This document shows positions 1 to 10,343 of a stretch of 64,000 nucleotides of DNA, piece after piece; positions within the stretch are counted from its first letter, which is position 1; every line of letters starts with the position of its first letter. Location: positions 3,040,001 to 3,104,000 of the forward strand of contig OZ244653.1 in NCBI GenBank assembly GCA_965218795.1, written 5' to 3'. This stretch comes from a bacterium (GTDB taxonomy: Bacteria > UBA8248 > JACPRG01 > G963555815). Below the pieces are notes generated by a model. That model worked only from the letters and a program-made list of their open reading frames with translations. It did not search any database and had not been told where the DNA came from. Both the position numbers and the translations under genes were made by a program.

Positions 1-405
1 GGGTGGGGCGAGGGCGAGCCGATGATCATCAGCAAGTACAGCAAGAACCCGGAGGCGGCGTACCTCTTCATCCAGTGGATGTCTTCCAAGGAAACCCAGA
101 AAAAATGGATTGAGGGACCGGGCAGCGGTCTTCCCGTTCGGAAGTCTTCGCTTGAGCTTCCGTTCGTCAAGAAGCACCCTGTGTTCGAGCCGACGATTGT
201 CTCCATGAGGAACGGTTGGTTTGATCCCGGATTTTCGAATTACGCCCAGGTTCGGGAAGAGATTGCGATTCAAATTACCGAGGCGGCGGGCGGGAAGAAA
301 ACCGTCGATCAGGCGATGAACGATTTGCAGGCGAAAGCCCTCAAACTGCATCCCAAAGGGCCGATCAATCCGGGCCAGCCATCCGTGAATCAGTTCCACC
401 GGTAG
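1..405 (+). CDS. ABC transporter extracellular solute-binding protein, C-terminal part (5' end outside window)
   Basis: Frame open from base 1 (GWGEGEPMIISKYSKNPEAAYLFIQW...); closely similar to the C-terminus of 3583..5034; upstream of two permeases. Confidence 0.85.
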   Translation, partial: GWGEGEPMIISKYSKNPEAAYLFIQWMSSKETQKKWIEGPGSGLPVRKSSLELPFVKKHPVFEPTIVSMRNGWFDPGFSNYAQVREEIAIQITEAAGGKKTVDQAMNDLQAKALKLHPKGPINPGQPSVNQFHR

Positions 406-433
406 GCTGCCTCTGACCGAAAAACGGGATTCG

Positions 434-468
434 GCGGGAGAGGGGGAAGCGAAAGCCATCTCTCCCGC
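434..468 (+). terminator. Stem-loop between binding-protein gene and permeases (mRNA-stabilising or attenuating hairpin)
   Basis: GCGGGAGAG...CTCTCCCGC inverted repeat. Confidence 0.5.
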
Positions 469-491
469 TTCATCGTGAAAGGGCGGGTTGG

Positions 492-1424
492 ATGACGGTC
501 GATTCGCAGAGGGTCAATCGGGCCACCAACAGAAGGATGGCGCGCTTCAAGCGCGGTGTGTATCCCTATGCCCTCTTGTCCCCCAGCCTTCTGGCGCTTC
601 TTCTTGTGGGAATGTACCCGTTCATTTATATGATCATCCTGAGCTTCCGAAAGCTGAATTTTCGAAAGCTTGGGACTACGGGGGAATTCATCGGGCTGGA
701 GAATTATCGGAATCTTTTCACGGAATCCGTTTTTTTGACATCGCTCAAAACCACCATCTTTATCGTCCTGACTTCCGTACCTATCGAACTGATTCTTGGA
801 TTCGCCATCGCCTATTTGTTCAACCGGCACTTTCCGTTAAGGCGGCTGGCCGTCACCGTGACGATCATTCCGACGGTCCTCGCCCCCATCGCCATCGCCG
901 TCATGTGGAAGATCATGCTGGCCTCGCCCTGGGGGTTTCTGATGTACAACGTCTTCTATAAGGTGGGCCTTTTCGAAGATATTTCGATCTTCGGCTCGCC
1001 GGGGTGGGCGCTGGCGGCCATCATCGGTATCGATGTCTGGGAGTGGACGCCCTTTATGTTTCTGGTCTTCCTGGCCGGGCTCGGCGGACTTCCCCAGAGG
1101 CCGTATGAGGCCGCGGCCGTGGACGGGGCGTCCGCATGGCAGACCTTCTGGCACCTGACCCTGCCGATGCTGAGCCCGTTCATCCTGGTGATGCTGCTTA
1201 TCCGCCTCATCGATGCCTTCAAGATTTTCGATACCATTTACATCCTGACCAAAGGCGGTCCGGGGGTATCGACGGAGTCCATCTCGATCTTCGCTTACCG
1301 GTTCAACTTCGAGTATTGGAAGCTGGGGGAGAGCTCCGCCTTGGCGGTGGTCGTCTTCTTGATTTTCTTTGTCGTCTTTGGGATTTTGTTCACGCTTCTT
1401 CAGAAGCGGTTCAGGGTGTTCTAA
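492..1424 (+). CDS. Carbohydrate-type (CUT1) ABC permease
   Basis: FIGLENY, DVWEWTPF and EAA loop YEAAAVDGASAWQTF; about 6 hydrophobic segments. Confidence 0.92.
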   Translation: MTVDSQRVNRATNRRMARFKRGVYPYALLSPSLLALLLVGMYPFIYMIILSFRKLNFRKLGTTGEFIGLENYRNLFTESVFLTSLKTTIFIVLTSVPIELILGFAIAYLFNRHFPLRRLAVTVTIIPTVLAPIAIAVMWKIMLASPWGFLMYNVFYKVGLFEDISIFGSPGWALAAIIGIDVWEWTPFMFLVFLAGLGGLPQRPYEAAAVDGASAWQTFWHLTLPMLSPFILVMLLIRLIDAFKIFDTIYILTKGGPGVSTESISIFAYRFNFEYWKLGESSALAVVVFLIFFVVFGILFTLLQKRFRVF

Positions 1425-1441
1425 AAGGGAGTTCTTCGGTA

Positions 1442-2290
1442 GTGCAAGCCACGATCGGATCATCGAATGGGAGGAAGCGCTCCGGGTCCTGGATTCTCGG
1501 GGTCCTGATCTGCATGGTCGTCGCCAATTCGCTCTTCCCGTACATCTGGATGCTGGTCAGCAGCGTGAAACCGGACAACATTATGTATGCGACGCCGACC
1601 GTGTGGTTTTTCACCCCCATCACCGACCATTACGCAAAGGCCTTCGGCGCAGGCGGGTTCGGCGCAAACTTTCTGAATTCGATTATCGTGTCCGTCTCGA
1701 CGACGATCCTGGTCATTGTCATCGGGACGCCCGCGGCCTACAGCTTTGCGCGATTCCGGATCTGGCGGAGCAACGACATCTTCATGTATATCCTCTCGAC
1801 CCGGATGGCGCCCACCATCTCCCTGGCCATTCCGTTCTATTTGATGTTTGCCAGTCTCCGGCTTCTGAACACCTATACCGTGGTCATCCTGGCCCACCTG
1901 ACGTTCAACCTTTCTTTCTACATCTGGGTTCTGCGCGGGTTCTTCCGAGACATCCCTATCGAGCTGGAGGAAAGCTCGATGATTGACGGCTACACCCGCT
2001 GGCGGGCTTTCACCCGGGTGACCCTGCCTTTGGCGCGGTCCGGAATTATCTCCGCAGGTATCTTCTGCTTCATCTTCTCGTGGAACGAGTTCCTGTACGC
2101 CCTCATCCTCGGCGGCGGGGACGTGAAAACGCTTCCCGTCGTCATCCCGTCGCTGATCAATCAGCGGGGCGTGGAATGGGGAGTGATTGCAGCGATCGGA
2201 AGTGTCGTCATCCTGCCGATTCTGGTCCTGGTGTTTGTCGTTCAGAAACACATCGTTCGGGGCCTGACAATGGGGGCCGTCAAAGGATAG
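1442..2290 (+). CDS. Carbohydrate-type ABC permease (MalG-like)
   Basis: ELEESSMIDGYTRWRAF, FIFSWNEF, RGLTMGAVKG; GTG start at 1442 inferred. Confidence 0.92.
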   Translation: MQATIGSSNGRKRSGSWILGVLICMVVANSLFPYIWMLVSSVKPDNIMYATPTVWFFTPITDHYAKAFGAGGFGANFLNSIIVSVSTTILVIVIGTPAAYSFARFRIWRSNDIFMYILSTRMAPTISLAIPFYLMFASLRLLNTYTVVILAHLTFNLSFYIWVLRGFFRDIPIELEESSMIDGYTRWRAFTRVTLPLARSGIISAGIFCFIFSWNEFLYALILGGGDVKTLPVVIPSLINQRGVEWGVIAAIGSVVILPILVLVFVVQKHIVRGLTMGAVKG

Positions 2291-2301
2291 GAGGGAGAAT
2301 C

Positions 2302-3243
2302 ATGGCCGCTCACCACGAGCTTCACGCATCTCCGGATACCGTACATTGGGGTTATTTCGAAGCCTCTTGGGAGCCTGCCCTGCGCGTGGAATCGGGTGAC
2401 CGGGTGTCCATTCACACCCTGACGGCCGAGCCCGAAGACCTGCCGCCCGAGGGATACGACGTTCTGCCCGAGCTTTTGGAGGTGCACGCGAAGTGCGAGC
2501 GAGGGCCGGGCCCTCACTTCATCACCGGGCCCGTGTGGGTCAACGGGGCCGAACCCGGCGATGTTCTGGAGGTCCGAATACTCGACTGCGAGCTGCGGCA
2601 GGATTGGGGCTGGATGATCATTGCGCCGCTTCTGGGCACACTCCCGGAGGATTTCCCCAACTTTCGCCGCATCTATGTCCGCATGAACCGGGAAACCATG
2701 ACTGCAGACCTCCCCTGGGGGGGGACCCTCCCGCTCGATCCATTTTTCGGGATTCTTGCGGTGGCCCCACCGGCGAGCTATGGACGCGTCCCATCCCCCG
2801 CGCCCCGGGAACACGGGGGCAACATGGACAACAAGGAGCTCAAGGCGGGAACAACCCTCTTTTTCCCCGTGTGGAACAAAGGCGCTCTATTCTCCGTAGG
2901 GGACGGCCACGGTGTTCAGGGCGACGGAGAGGTTTGTCTGACCGCCATCGAGACGTCCATGACGGGGACCTTCGAGTTCGTCGTGCGTAAAGACCTTTCC
3001 CTGACGGTCCCCCGGGCCGAATCCCCGACCCACTACATCACCATGGGCTTCAACGAAGACCTGGACGATGCGGCCAAGCAGGCCCTGCGGGAAATGATCT
3101 CCCTCATCGGAGAGGTCGCGGGTCTTTCTCCGGAGGAGGCGTATTTCCTCTGCAGTCTGGCGGCGGACCTTCGTGTCACACAGCTCGTGGACGGCAATAA
3201 AGGCATCCACGCCATGCTCCCGAAGGCCGTTTTGCCGTCATAA
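2302..3243 (+). CDS. Acetamidase/formamidase (FmdA/AmdA) family protein
   Basis: TVHWGYF, GPHFITGPVWVNGAEPGD, HGGNMDNK, GDGHGVQGDGEV; RBS GAGGGAG before ATG 2302. Confidence 0.92.
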   Translation: MAAHHELHASPDTVHWGYFEASWEPALRVESGDRVSIHTLTAEPEDLPPEGYDVLPELLEVHAKCERGPGPHFITGPVWVNGAEPGDVLEVRILDCELRQDWGWMIIAPLLGTLPEDFPNFRRIYVRMNRETMTADLPWGGTLPLDPFFGILAVAPPASYGRVPSPAPREHGGNMDNKELKAGTTLFFPVWNKGALFSVGDGHGVQGDGEVCLTAIETSMTGTFEFVVRKDLSLTVPRAESPTHYITMGFNEDLDDAAKQALREMISLIGEVAGLSPEEAYFLCSLAADLRVTQLVDGNKGIHAMLPKAVLPS

Positions 3244-3490
3244 CACTCCAGGGGCGGTATGGCGGATGGAGCTTCGGCCAGAGCATGGCTTTTTTGAATG
3301 AACGAGGCAACATCGAAATTCGATCTTGTCGAGAAGCCCGTTCGCCGGTGATCACCGGCACCCCAGATGCAGACGTATCTCTGAAAGCCGCAGGCGTCTG
3401 ATTCCTTCAATCCAGCGAAGGGGATATTCGTAATGGGGTTGTTCAATACCCGTCCTGAAACTTTCCGACAGATTATCCCCAATGATTGTT

Positions 3491-3504
3491 AACATGATCA
3501 TGTT
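3491..3504. promoter_or_regulatory. Perfect 14-bp palindrome AACATGATCATGTT, candidate operator upstream of the second binding-protein gene
   Basis: Exact inverted symmetry in an AT-rich intergenic stretch. Confidence 0.35.
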
Positions 3505-3582
3505 TCCAAGTATTCGGTGAGCCGGGACCGCAAGCACCTGGAACGCTCAGGCTGAGCGTCGAGTGCCATCCATAGGGGGGGT

Positions 3583-5034
3583 GTGATGAATCGAAGAAGG
3601 AGGATGTTGCAGAGTTGGCGTGCATTCGCAGTTTGGAGTCTTGCCCCATTCCTGGTTCTCATCCTGGCGGGTTCGTCCTGGGGATGGTCGCTGGAGGAGG
3701 CGGCCAAACCCTACCGGGGAGCGACCCTCAAAGTAGGTGTAGCCTTTGTGCCCGTCGTAGGGGGAATACTGCCGCTCATCAAGAACGAATGGGAGCCCCG
3801 AACGGGGATCAAGGTGAAGGTGGAGAAATTTACCCACGCCGAATGGGACGCCAAGGGAGACGCCGACCTCTATTCGCGGACCGGCTATTTCGATTTGGTC
3901 ATGATGCACCACAACCGCGCAGAGGATTGGGCGGGCAACGGGCACGTCGAGTGGATCAACAAGTACATGAACGCCCCGAAGCTCCGGGACCCCGAACTGG
4001 ACCCCGACGACTTCCTCCAGCCCCTCTGGGATGATTACTGCCTGTTCGACGGCGGAAAGCTGGCCTGCCTTCCAACGTTCAACTATCAGATGGTGTACTG
4101 GTACCGCAAGGACCTGCTCGAAAATCCCGAGGAGCGGGCCGCCTTCAAGAAGAAATACGGATATGACCTGGCTCCGGCCAAGACGTTCAGGCATTATCAG
4201 GACATCGCCGAGTTCTTCACCCGAAAAAAGGGCGAGAAGCTGGCAGGCAAGGTCCTCAAGAATAATTTTTACGGCGTCGGCGTCGTGGGAAAACGGGAGC
4301 CGTCGCTTTCTTGGGAGTGGTTCAACATCCTCAAAGGCTGGGGCGCGTCGGTCTTCGATAAGGAAGGGCGACCCACATTCAATACCAAGGAAGCCGCCAC
4401 CGCCACGAAGTGGTGGCTGGGCCTACGCAAATATGCGCCTCCCGGCGTCACAGAGGCCGGGTTCATTGACCTGTTCGTCATGATGACAAAGAAGAACATC
4501 GCCCAAGCCATTCAATGGAGCGTATCCTTCGCCTTCACCTTCGATAATCCCAAATATTCCACGGCCGAGGGGGTGTACAGTTTCGGCGCCCTTCCATCCC
4601 GGAAATCGGGAATGCCTCCTGGCGGATTCGGGGAGGCCGAGCCACTGGTCATCAGCAAGTACAGCAAGAACCCGGCCGCCGCCTATCTCCTCATGCAGTG
4701 GCTGGCTTCCAAGGACATTCAGAAAAAATGGATAGAGGGACCGGGACACGGCCTCGTCGTGCGAAAATCTTCCCTTGAGATCCCCTTTGTGAAGGACCAC
4801 CCGGTCTACGCGCCTGCCTTGACGTCGATGAAACACGGGTGGATCGACCCCGGGTTCTCAAACTACATCCAGCTTCGCGAAGAGATCACCATCCAGATCA
4901 CGGAAGCCGCGGCCGGCCGCCAGACCGTGGAGCAAGGTCTCGATAAGATTCAGGCGAGGGCCCTGAAGCTTCACCCCGAGGGAAACGTCAATCCGGGTCA
5001 GCCTCAACACACCAATCCATTCGTTGGGAGATAA
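3583..5034 (+). CDS. ABC transporter extracellular solute-binding protein (SBP_bac_1/8 type)
   Basis: Signal peptide, YWYRKDLLE...FKKKYGYDLAPAKT, paralog of 1..405. Confidence 0.88.
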   Translation: MMNRRRRMLQSWRAFAVWSLAPFLVLILAGSSWGWSLEEAAKPYRGATLKVGVAFVPVVGGILPLIKNEWEPRTGIKVKVEKFTHAEWDAKGDADLYSRTGYFDLVMMHHNRAEDWAGNGHVEWINKYMNAPKLRDPELDPDDFLQPLWDDYCLFDGGKLACLPTFNYQMVYWYRKDLLENPEERAAFKKKYGYDLAPAKTFRHYQDIAEFFTRKKGEKLAGKVLKNNFYGVGVVGKREPSLSWEWFNILKGWGASVFDKEGRPTFNTKEAATATKWWLGLRKYAPPGVTEAGFIDLFVMMTKKNIAQAIQWSVSFAFTFDNPKYSTAEGVYSFGALPSRKSGMPPGGFGEAEPLVISKYSKNPAAAYLLMQWLASKDIQKKWIEGPGHGLVVRKSSLEIPFVKDHPVYAPALTSMKHGWIDPGFSNYIQLREEITIQITEAAAGRQTVEQGLDKIQARALKLHPEGNVNPGQPQHTNPFVGR

Positions 5035-5390
5035 GACGAAACGGGATGGAGTACGGCGTCATGCCCGGAGGCGTCGTCGTGAGTTCGCCGGGGACAGGTC
5101 TGGAGAGGGCCTGGAGATCCATGTCCGCATCAGAGATCCTCGCGAGGGCCACCGGGGACGCGGTCTTTGCCCCAGTTCTCTGTTCCTCGAAGAAGTTCAG
5201 CGCCGGCCGGTCCGCCGGATACGATCGAAGCAATGCGGCAGACCTCCGCTCGCTCGATGGGTGGACGGCAACATGGGAATCGAGGCCAGGATGCCCAAAT
5301 CGGCCCTGCCCGCATGAGGCTGGGTTCCCTGGAGCGCAAGGACAAGACATTCTGAATTGGTGATGGAAGGCTTCGACGGAGGGCGTGACG

Positions 5391-6336
5391 ATGCCAAAGC
5401 ACCACGAGGTTCCTTTCTCCCCCGACACGGTGCACATCGGGTTTTACGACCCGGCGCTTCCCCCGGTGCTTCGGATGGACTCGGGAGACCGCGTCACGAT
5501 TCACTGTCTGCCGGCCGGGGAGCCGGCGGACATGCATCCGGACCGGTCCAAGGTGTTTCCCGAGCAGTGGGAGGTGTACGAGCGGTGCGAGCAGGGTCCG
5601 GGTCCCCATCTGATGACCGGGCCCGTCTATGTTAACGGCGCCGAGCCCGGCGACACCCTTGAAGTCCGAATCCTGGAATACAAGCTCAATCAGGACTGGG
5701 GCTGGAACCTGATCCTGCCCCTGTTCGGGACGCTCGCCGGAAGATTTTCCGAACCTCCGCCGATTGCACATCCCCCTGGATCTGGAGGCGATGGTGGCCG
5801 AGTTGCCCTGGGGCATGAAGATTCCGCTCAGGCCCTTCATGGGGGAACTGGGCGTGGCCCCGCCGCCGTCCTACGGCCGGATTTCCAGCTTTGAGCCGCG
5901 GGAGCACGGAGGCAATTTCGATAATAAGGATTTGATCCCGGGGGCTACTGTGTACCTGCCCGTTTGGAACGAAGGCGCGCTGTTTTCCGCAGGGGACGGC
6001 CACGCCGTCCAGGGACACGGGGAGGTGTGCCTGACGGCGATTGAATGCGGCATGGTCGGGACGTTTGAGCTGATCGTCCGCAAGGATCTTCATCTCAAGT
6101 TTCCGAGGGCCGAGACGCCCACCCATCACATGACGATGGGTCTGAACGAAGACCTGGACGATGCGGCCAAGCAAGCTGTGCGGGAGATGATCGCTCTGCT
6201 GGGAGAGATTTCCGGATTGTCCGCCGAGGATGCCTATACTCTTTGCAGCCTCGCCGTGGATCTCCACGTTACTGAAACGGTCGGCGGAAACAAGGGAATC
6301 CACGCCATGCTCCCCAAATCCATCCTGAATTCCTGA
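5391..6336 (+). pseudogene. Acetamidase/formamidase paralog with a +1 frameshift near 5736
   Basis: ORFs 5385..5894 and 5764..6336 together align to 2302..3243; removing one base from ACG CTC G CCG GAA GAT restores TLPEDFPNLRR. Confidence 0.8.
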
Positions 6337-6401
6337 CCCGATCCCCTCTCCCACCCGGTTTTTCTGCCGGGCACTTTAGCCCTTCGTGGTGTGAAGGAAG
6401 T

Positions 6402-7880
6402 CTACGACGGAGTGATGCCCGGCAGCGGGACGAGGGGTTCGTTCAGGACCGGCCGCGAGATGATCCAAAGACTGATGACGGTGTAGGCGATCATCAGCAG
6501 GGCCATGGGCAGCTCGACCCGAGCTGCCAGTCTCCGGTCCCCAAAGAGGTTCATCGCCCGCCGGTGGGCGGACACAATCGATGCGATGTGGCCGAGCACG
6601 ATGAGACCCGCCTGGACGACCCAGATGATGCCCGCCATCTCCGGCGTCCATTGAACGGTCCACTCGAAGTTGTGCCATCCGAACGGGTTCCAGCCGTATG
6701 CGAAGGGATCGGATGACGCCTGAACCAGCCGGGTGATCCGGCTGGGAAGGGCCGGGATGAAATGGGCGATGTGGTAAGCCGCCGCGATGGGGACCAGCGT
6801 CATGGCAAAGTCGCCGGCGAGCTCCCAAGGTTTTCGCCGCCCCCCCGCAAGCCGGGTCATCCATCGGCACACCAGCCAGTAAGCGGCCGAAAAGACCCCG
6901 ATACCCGCAAGAATGGCTGCAAGGAAAGAGGCGTGGAATGCCAGGCTTTTCGGGAGGATTTCAAAGCTTTGAAGCATCATTCTCCGGAGCAATACCCACC
7001 ATTCCGGCGTTGCGACGAATCCGTCAAAGGTCACCGCGAACAGGACAAGGATCACAAAGATTGATTCCGACGGGTGGGAAAGTCGCGATGCGTGCAGGGC
7101 CGTACTCGGCACCCGGAGCTCAATACCGTCCTTCCTTTGCCCGAGGGGAGCGAATCTCCCCAGCACCCTGAAGTATCGTGAGAATGGATTGGCGTTTTCC
7201 CACCAAGTCTTCGGGTCAAAAACGGCCATTCCGACCCAGAGCCAAACCGTGAAAAAAAGAAATACGTTGACGACGGCTTGAGGTTCCCTTGCCTGGAGCC
7301 ACCCCAGTTCGAACCAGACAAAAGCGATGAGAATCAGGACGGCCGGCCAGGCTCCAAGGGATGGCGGGTAACGAAGCCGGAGGGAGAGCGGCCGGACGGA
7401 CCATCGCCTGTAGATGCGCCGAAGGGTGTTCCATGGATCGAGCGCAGGCCAGGGGTTTCCCGCAATCAGCGTGAGCCAGGTCAGGCCCATCCACCAGCCG
7501 GTCCAAATCAGGACGGAAGCCAGGGCATCCTCGGACCAGGGGTCACCCAAAAATCTGCCGGCCAGGATGAGGCCCGCGAGGAGAAGGCCTGTCAGGGAGA
7601 GGATGTTTCCGACCAACCTGACACCGGGCCCGGTGAAAATTTTCACCCGGGCGTAACCGGACTTCTCTTTCCTCGAGGATGGACGGAGGTTGACGAGCAC
7701 GAAGGACAAGGCGACAGCCAGCCCTCCACCGACCAGAAAGAGCCAGCCCGGGATGGGTGGGGAATACCGGACTTCCTGAATTCCGTGGGCGTGGAGGTGA
7801 ACGCCAAAGAGGAGCTCCAGGACCAGCGACACCGCCAGTCCCCATCGGAAGTCCCTCCACCGACGGGGGCGCCGACTCAC
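6402..7880 (-). CDS. Polytopic membrane protein (resembles proteins annotated 'fenitrothion hydrolase'-like); function unknown
   Basis: More than 10 hydrophobic segments, HAHG..RY..PIP.WLF, YHIAHF, LGHIASIVSAH; GTG start at 7880 inferred. Confidence 0.65.
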   Translation of the reverse strand: MSRRPRRWRDFRWGLAVSLVLELLFGVHLHAHGIQEVRYSPPIPGWLFLVGGGLAVALSFVLVNLRPSSRKEKSGYARVKIFTGPGVRLVGNILSLTGLLLAGLILAGRFLGDPWSEDALASVLIWTGWWMGLTWLTLIAGNPWPALDPWNTLRRIYRRWSVRPLSLRLRYPPSLGAWPAVLILIAFVWFELGWLQAREPQAVVNVFLFFTVWLWVGMAVFDPKTWWENANPFSRYFRVLGRFAPLGQRKDGIELRVPSTALHASRLSHPSESIFVILVLFAVTFDGFVATPEWWVLLRRMMLQSFEILPKSLAFHASFLAAILAGIGVFSAAYWLVCRWMTRLAGGRRKPWELAGDFAMTLVPIAAAYHIAHFIPALPSRITRLVQASSDPFAYGWNPFGWHNFEWTVQWTPEMAGIIWVVQAGLIVLGHIASIVSAHRRAMNLFGDRRLAARVELPMALLMIAYTVISLWIISRPVLNEPLVPLPGITPS

Positions 7881-8004
7881 CTTTAAGGAAAACACACTGA
7901 CAGAATTCTCGCCGGCAAGTTTCATGAATGAAAGCAGGGCCGAATGCGTTTCCTCATGGAACCCCATCTGCGGAACGGTCCCGGATGGGTCACGGACGCG
8001 GGCA

Positions 8005-8574
8005 TTAATCGTCCAGGGAGACCTCGATGGGCTCGCCATTCAAATGAATGGAGCTCTTCATGGGCACGGCGGCCTGCACCATGTTCTCGGCAAAGCAGCC
8101 GCGCTTGGCATTTCGAATCAGAAGCCGGAGCCGTTCCTCGGGCCCATCCGATTCAACCTCGAAGAAGGACCTGACCTCCGAGCACCCGCTTACCACCGTG
8201 CCTTTGAGGACCGATCCTCCCTGGTAAAAGTCCATTTCCACCCGTACGCGGGCCGACCGAAGATTGAGGCGCATGGCTGAAGCATACAGCTTCAGGTTGC
8301 TCAGCAGTCACGTTCCGATGCCCCCCGCAATGTAGGAGAGGGGTTGTGGATATCGGCCTTCACCCATCAAATGCGGAGGCTCATCCGAGCAAAAAATCTT
8401 GGCGGTTTCAGGCCCGTCCTCGATCTCAACGCCCGAGGAAGGACTGGGCTTGCTTCCAACGAGCTGCTGATATACGCGGACCTCGTTCAGCAGTTTCCCC
8501 TTTCCCTCGCAATCCGCAACGGTGAGAACCTTTCTCATCCCCTCCGTCGATTGATCATCCGGGCTCACTGCCAT
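8005..8574 (-). CDS. OsmC/Ohr-like peroxiredoxin, putative selenoprotein (in-frame TGA at 8308-8310)
   Basis: SDEPPHLMGEGRYPQPLSYIAGGIGT-TGA-LLSNLKLYA continues in frame to the second Cys (RGCFAE); TGA sits at the OsmC first catalytic Cys. Confidence 0.88.
8277..8295 (-). promoter_or_regulatory. Putative bacterial SECIS hairpin of the OsmC-like gene
   Basis: CUGAAGC-UGUAU-GCUUCAG, perfect 7-bp stem starting 12 nt after UGA, with GU in the loop. Confidence 0.75.
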
Positions 8575-8677
8575 TTTGAATACCCTCCTATCATTTCACG
8601 GAAGTGCCGAACAGGCTCGGGTCGGCGTCGGGGCGGCCGGCTTCGCGCCCTGAAGCAACTCCAAAGCCGGTCCTGGG

Positions 8678-8762
8678 TGCCGAGGGGGGGACTCGAACCC
8701 CCACGAGGCAAGGCCCCAACGGATTTTAAGTCCGTTGCGTCTACCCATTCCGCCACCCCGGC
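8678..8762 (-). tRNA. tRNA-Leu(TAA)
   Basis: GCCGGGGTGGCGGAATGGGTAGACGCAACGGAC-TTAAAA-TCCGT, long variable arm, GGTTCGAGTCCC, acceptor CCTCGGCA; CCA not encoded. Confidence 0.95.
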
Positions 8763-9335
8763 CTTTGCTTGTTTATAGCATACGTAGTGAATATTCTGGA
8801 TACTTCACATCCTTCAAGGGCAACCCGGTCGTGAGGTTGGACGCAGAGGCATGGGACTGGGACGAACCTTCTTCAGATCGCCAGCCCGCCGAAGAAAAGA
8901 AGGGGAAGCGCGGTCATCCCCTTGTGTCGCCCCAAGGCAAGGAGGGCGAACCGTGCAACCATTTCGGCTGTCTTGGTATACTTGCGTAATATTCCCCCTT
9001 TTCAGATTCTCTTGTGATCGCTTGCACAACAGAGCTTCGGTCACACCCGCCATTCCGGGCGGTCAGAAGTATCCCATGTGAGGATTGCGTGTCCCATTCC
9101 GGCGGACGCGCTCCAACGTCTGGAAACAACCCGCTCGGGAGCATCCGTCGATCGGTTCACCCACTGGACCGCCCTGTGGGGCCGGATTCGGGAATGCAGG
9201 ATGAAAACAGCAGGTCGTTTCTGTTGATATAATAATTTGTCGTTTCGGGAACGTCTCCCGGAAGAGAGCAGAGACTTTTCAGCGGGGTCGTCCGGGATTC
9301 TGAACGAGACATTCTGAAAGGAGCCGGCGCGGATT

Positions 9336-10343
9336 GTGAAAGTACTGATCACCGGCGGCTGCGGCTTCATCGCGTCGAACCTGATTCGGTATCTGCTGAA
9401 TCTCAAGACAGGGTATGAAGTCATCAATCTGGATGCCCTTACGTATGCGGGCAATGAGAAAAATCTGGAGGAATTCCGGGAGAGCGCGGAGTATGCCTTT
9501 GTCAAAGGAGATATCTGTGACGAGCCGCTGGTTGAACAGATTGTCGGAGGGGGCGTGGACGCCATCATCCACATGGCGGCGGAAACGCATGTGGACCGGA
9601 GCATTCTCGGGCCCCGGGAGTTTGTGCGCACCAACGTCCTGGGCACCCAGAACCTGCTGGAGGTCGCCCGCCGATTCGAGGTGAAGCGGTTTGTCCACGT
9701 TTCGACGGACGAGGTCTACGGCTCCTTGGGCCCGGATGGGGTCTTCACGGAGGAGAGTCCGCTGGAGCCGAACAGCCCATATGCCGCCAGCAAGGCTTCA
9801 TCCGATCTCCTCGTCCGCGCTTATGCGCAGACCTATGGCTTCCCCGCGATCATCACCCGGGCGTCCAACAACTATGGCCCCTATCAATTTCCTGAAAAAT
9901 TCATCCCGCTGTTTCTGACGAATGCCATGGAAGGCAAGAAGCTTCCTCTTTACGGAGACGGGCTCAATGTCCGGGATTGGCTGTTCGTGGAAGACCATTG
10001 CAAGGCCCTTGAGATCATTCTCCACAAAGGAACACCCGGGGAGATTTACAACATCGGGGGGGATCAGGAGTATCCCAACGTCGAAATCGCCAAAACGATC
10101 GTCCGCTTGGCGGGCGCATCCGAAGAGAGCATCCGGTTCGTCAAGGACCGACCGGGACATGACCGGCGCTATGCATTGAGTATCGAAAAATTATCCGGCG
10201 AGCTTGGATGGAATCCGCGCGTCACCCTGGAAGACGGGTTGGCGAAGACCGTGGAGTGGTACAAGAAAAACGAGGACTGGTGGCGGCCTCTGAAGGACAG
10301 GCAATATGAGGAGTATTATTGGAAACAGTACGTGGAGCGTTGA
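9336..10343 (+). CDS. rfbB: dTDP-glucose 4,6-dehydratase
   Basis: ITGGCGFIASN, DALTYAGN, AAETHVDRSI, VSTDEVYG, YAASK, DRPGHDRRY. Confidence 0.96.
   Translation: MKVLITGGCGFIASNLIRYLLNLKTGYEVINLDALTYAGNEKNLEEFRESAEYAFVKGDICDEPLVEQIVGGGVDAIIHMAAETHVDRSILGPREFVRTNVLGTQNLLEVARRFEVKRFVHVSTDEVYGSLGPDGVFTEESPLEPNSPYAASKASSDLLVRAYAQTYGFPAIITRASNNYGPYQFPEKFIPLFLTNAMEGKKLPLYGDGLNVRDWLFVEDHCKALEIILHKGTPGEIYNIGGDQEYPNVEIAKTIVRLAGASEESIRFVKDRPGHDRRYALSIEKLSGELGWNPRVTLEDGLAKTVEWYKKNEDWWRPLKDRQYEEYYWKQYVER

Noticed and set aside
5035-5384. Small gene between SBP2 and amidase 2
   Set aside because: Several short ORFs on both strands, none with a recognisable motif; possibly a decayed fragment
8565-8756. 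63-aa ORF
   Set aside because: It is a translation of tRNA-Leu
8763-9335. Riboswitch or ncRNA in the long intergenic region before rfbB
   Set aside because: No motif I can recognise; an Rfam/Infernal scan would be needed
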